Both the position numbers and the translations under genes were made by a program. Below are positions 61,181 through 64,000 of a stretch of 64,000 nt of DNA, piece after piece. This DNA comes from Candidatus Omnitrophica bacterium UBA6233 (GTDB lineage: Bacteria; Omnitrophota; Gorgyraeia; Gygaellales; Profunditerraquicolaceae). The stretch is taken from contig DJWJ01000011.1 in NCBI GenBank assembly GCA_002440965.1, forward strand, positions 61,427 through 125,426, given 5' to 3'. The notes under the pieces were generated by a model, which was not told the origin of the DNA, searched no databases, and saw nothing but the letters and a program-made list of their open reading frames with translations. Every line of letters begins with the position of its first letter. Positions within the stretch are counted from its first letter, which is position 1.

Positions 61181-63388
61181 CTATTTGGAGCTTTTACGGC
61201 CCCAGGCAAGAACTAAAGGAGAAGCAATAAAAACTGTAGAATATACGCCTGAAATAAAACCTACTAACAAGGCAAAAGCGAAATTATTTAATACGGCTCC
61301 GCCGTAGAGGAAAATAGCCAGAACAACCAATAAAGTTACACCTGAAGTAAGTATGGTCCTGGAGAGTGTCTGGTTTACGCTTAAGTTGATTAACTCATAA
61401 AGGCTAAGTTTCTGATAAATACGCATATTTTCCCTGACCCGATCATAAATGACTATTGTATCATTAATAGAAAAACCGGCGATGGTCAAAAAAGCGGTAA
61501 TACTCAAGAGGTCAATAGGTCTACCCGTAATAACCAGGGCTCCAAAAGTCACCAAAACATCATGAATAAGAGCGATTACACCGGCAAGAGCAAAATTCAT
61601 ATGTTTAAACCTGAACCCTACATAGACCAGTATAATGACCAACGACCAGATCAAAGCCCATATTGCTTTTTCTTTTAAATGTTTACCGGCGACAGGACCG
61701 ACGCGCTCTACCCTCAAGACCTGAATATCTTGATTAGGAAATACCTCTTTTAACTTAGAGGTCAAAATATCGCTTTTATCTTCAATAGTCCGGATTAAGA
61801 CCGCCTTAGGGTTCTCTTTAAACTGCTGTATAGAAGCATCCCCTAAACCTATATTCTTTAATACGCCGCGTATCTTATCTATGTCAGGGGCTTCTTTAAA
61901 ACTATACTCCTGCATTGAACCTCCGGCAAAATCAATTCCGTAAGCGCTGTTCCCTTTTTTAAAATAAGCCGCAAGCCCGATAATTATAATAATCAGCGAA
62001 ACAGCGTAAAAAAACCTGCGCTTCTTAATAAAGTCGATTTTAGTCTGACCGATTAACTTAAGCATAGGCAGCGAATCCCTAATCCACCCTAAGCTTAACA
62101 AAATTTCAAATATAGTGCGCGTTACCACTATCGCGGTAAACATACTCGCGATTAAACCTATGGTCAAGGTTACGCCAAAACCCTTTATTGAACCTGTTCC
62201 AAGCCAAATCAAAATAATTGCCGCAAATAAAGTAGTTAGGTTAGAATCAAATATCGCGCTGAACGCCTTGGAATAACCATTATTTATGGCGGTGCGCAAA
62301 TTCCTGCCAAGATTTAATTCTTCACGGATACGCTCGTTAATTAAAACATTGGCATCTACGGCCATACCCAAAGATAAAACCATACCGGCTATTCCCGGCA
62401 AAGTCAGCGTAGCAGAAAATTCCGGTAACAAATACGGAAGAATTCCTAGCACGCCTAAAATCATAAACAAATTAAATATAAGTGCAATATTCGCGATTAA
62501 ACCTGCCAAAAGATAATAAACTGCCATAAAAATAAAAACAAGAATACCGCCAATGATAGTGGCCTTTATACCGCTATTTATGGAATCCTGTCCTAATAGA
62601 GGCCCGATAGTCCGTTCTTCTTCAATATAAAGCGGCGCAGGGAGTGCGCCTGACCTTAATACATTTGCCAAGTCCTGAGCTTGCTCAACGCTAAAACGAC
62701 CAGTAATCACTGCCTCACCCGAAGGGATAGCTTCCCGGATATTCGGGGCAGACTGCACTTTACCGTCTAAAACAATAGCCAGCCTCTTTCCGACATTAGC
62801 CGCAGTCACTTCCGCAAACTTTCTAGCCCCTTCGGCGTTAAAACGCAAAGAAACTACCGGCTCATTAAATTGACTTGAGCTGAAATGCACGGATGCATCA
62901 GTCAAGGCATCGCCGATTAAAGTTGCATTTTTCTCCACCAAAATCGGCGCGTTATCATCCTGGGTATATTTCAATTCATACCCTTCAGGGACTTTTCCGG
63001 CTAACGCTTCTGTTAAACCGGCTTGATCCGAAGAAACTAACTTGAATTCAAGCAATGCCACTTTCCCAATCAATTCTCTAGCGCGCTCTCTATCCGTAAA
63101 ACCAGCCAACTCAACTACGATTTCATCAATGCCATGCTTCTGGATTAAGGGCTCTCGCACACCATAGTTGTCTATTCTCTTTCTGATAACTTCTATAGCA
63201 CGGTCTGCGGCATCTTCTCTGGCGTTTTCCGGGATCTTAGCTGTATCAACCTTAAGCAAAAGATGCATACCTCCCTTCAGGTCCAAACCAAGGTTAATCC
63301 TCTTATTCAAAGGAAAGGTAAAATATAAGCACAATCCCAGAGTTAACAGTATAAAAATAGACTTATAAACAACCCTTTTCTCCATCAC
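61181..63388 (-). CDS. secDF: Fused protein translocase subunit SecDF
   Basis: A 735 aa ORF with 12 TM segments. The SecD periplasmic domain is followed by a SecF-like half. Confidence 0.9.
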   Translation of the reverse strand: MMEKRVVYKSIFILLTLGLCLYFTFPLNKRINLGLDLKGGMHLLLKVDTAKIPENAREDAADRAIEVIRKRIDNYGVREPLIQKHGIDEIVVELAGFTDRERARELIGKVALLEFKLVSSDQAGLTEALAGKVPEGYELKYTQDDNAPILVEKNATLIGDALTDASVHFSSSQFNEPVVSLRFNAEGARKFAEVTAANVGKRLAIVLDGKVQSAPNIREAIPSGEAVITGRFSVEQAQDLANVLRSGALPAPLYIEEERTIGPLLGQDSINSGIKATIIGGILVFIFMAVYYLLAGLIANIALIFNLFMILGVLGILPYLLPEFSATLTLPGIAGMVLSLGMAVDANVLINERIREELNLGRNLRTAINNGYSKAFSAIFDSNLTTLFAAIILIWLGTGSIKGFGVTLTIGLIASMFTAIVVTRTIFEILLSLGWIRDSLPMLKLIGQTKIDFIKKRRFFYAVSLIIIIIGLAAYFKKGNSAYGIDFAGGSMQEYSFKEAPDIDKIRGVLKNIGLGDASIQQFKENPKAVLIRTIEDKSDILTSKLKEVFPNQDIQVLRVERVGPVAGKHLKEKAIWALIWSLVIILVYVGFRFKHMNFALAGVIALIHDVLVTFGALVITGRPIDLLSITAFLTIAGFSINDTIVIYDRVRENMRIYQKLSLYELINLSVNQTLSRTILTSGVTLLVVLAIFLYGGAVLNNFAFALLVGFISGVYSTVFIASPLVLAWGRKSSK

Positions 63389-63400
63389 TACCGATTCTCC

Positions 63401-63694
63401 TTAGGCTGCCGGAACAGTCTGTGTTTTTTTAATATAAGCTACGCAATTTTTTTCCAGCTCAATCTTGACATTATCGTCTATCCTCAAGGTTATTGTCTTA
63501 TCTTTCACATTAACGATAGTCCCGTGTATACCGCTGGAAGTAACGACTTCGTCATTTTTATTCAAATTTTTGAGCATATTCTGCTGCTCTTTTTCTTTTT
63601 TCCTCTGTGGACGGATAAGCATAAAATAAAAAACAACAAAGATAAGCACCAGAGGAACTAGGTTAACTATAGGATTAGCTGCTTGCGGTTGCAT
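63401..63694 (-). CDS. yajC: Preprotein translocase subunit YajC
   Basis: A 97 aa ORF with a single TM helix (LVPLVLIFVVFYFMLIRPQRKK). Confidence 0.85.
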   Translation of the reverse strand: MQPQAANPIVNLVPLVLIFVVFYFMLIRPQRKKEKEQQNMLKNLNKNDEVVTSSGIHGTIVNVKDKTITLRIDDNVKIELEKNCVAYIKKTQTVPAA

Positions 63695-63932
63695 TCTTTT
63701 TCTCCTTTTTAATAAGATTCTTTACTGTCTGCGAAGCTTGAGCTCCATTCTTAATCCAATATTGTATGCGTTCGGATTTCATTTTCGCCTGCCCAGTGGT
63801 AGGCTCATAAAACCCGAGTTCTTCGAGTATGCGCCCGTCTCTACCTGTGCGCTCATCATAAGCGGCAATGCGGAAATGCGGTTTGCCCTTGGGGTTTTTA
63901 CCGATTCTTCTTAAACGAATATGTACTGCCAT
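63675..63932 (-). CDS. rpsP: 30S ribosomal protein S16
   Basis: An 85 aa ORF has MAVHIRLRRIGKNPKGKPHFRI. Confidence 0.9.
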   Translation of the reverse strand: MAVHIRLRRIGKNPKGKPHFRIAAYDERTGRDGRILEELGFYEPTTGQAKMKSERIQYWIKNGAQASQTVKNLIKKEKKNATASS

Positions 63933-63959
63933 TGTATTTCCTCCTTATTTAGTTTTAAT

Positions 63960-64000
63960 ATCAAATGACTAAATCCAAATGACAAATTAAATCCAAAGTC
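63960..64000. repeat. P-family palindrome, copy 5 (left arm only; runs off the window)
   Basis: The sequence atcaaatgactaaatccaaatgacaaattaaatccaaag matches the left-arm consensus. Confidence 0.5.

Overview
This 64 kb window comes from a low-GC bacterial chromosome of Gram-negative type (it carries LpxL, SurA and SecDF). Every credible gene, about 85 in all, lies on the minus strand; the plus-strand ORFs in the track are shadow frames.

The left 13 kb is an accessory defence island with patchy, higher GC. It contains a type I R-M hsdR gene (8966-11644) and hsdS gene (2632-3873), separated by a four-gene Qat-like cassette (3981-8706): a KAP-type P-loop NTPase, a QatB-like protein, a QueC-like PP-loop ATPase and a TatD nuclease. 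Downstream of hsdS sit two overlapping membrane-anchored proteins of unknown function (1103-2612). These are followed by a 32-codon remnant of an hsdM 5' end (988-1086), a Fic/Doc gene (318-977) and the start of an intact hsdM running off the left edge (1-49). The two hsdM starts sit in a ~47 bp direct repeat flanking fic. A secreted single-HKD PLD-family protein (11806-13212) lies next to hsdR. A 29-codon leader ORF (11641-11730) is ATGA-coupled to hsdR and encloses a terminator-like hairpin.

The remaining 50 kb is core genome. It holds cobO, GT2, lpxL, GT28 and HD-GYP genes, then a lipoyl protein/lpd/mdh/IDH-like/leuD/pilT/leuC/aspC block. This runs directly into a complete ribosomal super-operon. 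The super-operon comprises tRNA-Thr, rpmG, tRNA-Trp, secE, nusG, rplKAJL, rpoBC, rpsLG, fusA, tuf, the S10 and spc clusters without rpmD (L30), secY, adk, map, infA, rpmJ and the alpha operon. Beyond it lie ksgA-pdxA-surA (in E. coli order), a truncated Mfd, secDF, yajC and rpsP.

Three families of small intergenic repeats are interspersed within conserved operons. The first is a ~135 bp AT-rich imperfect palindrome (5 copies, ending ttttgtcatttgtcatt). The second is a 57-103 bp hairpin element that abuts start codons (3 copies). The third is a 21-25 nt ACCCCGRGC...CGAGGGGTA motif (3 copies). No rRNA or CRISPR array was seen.
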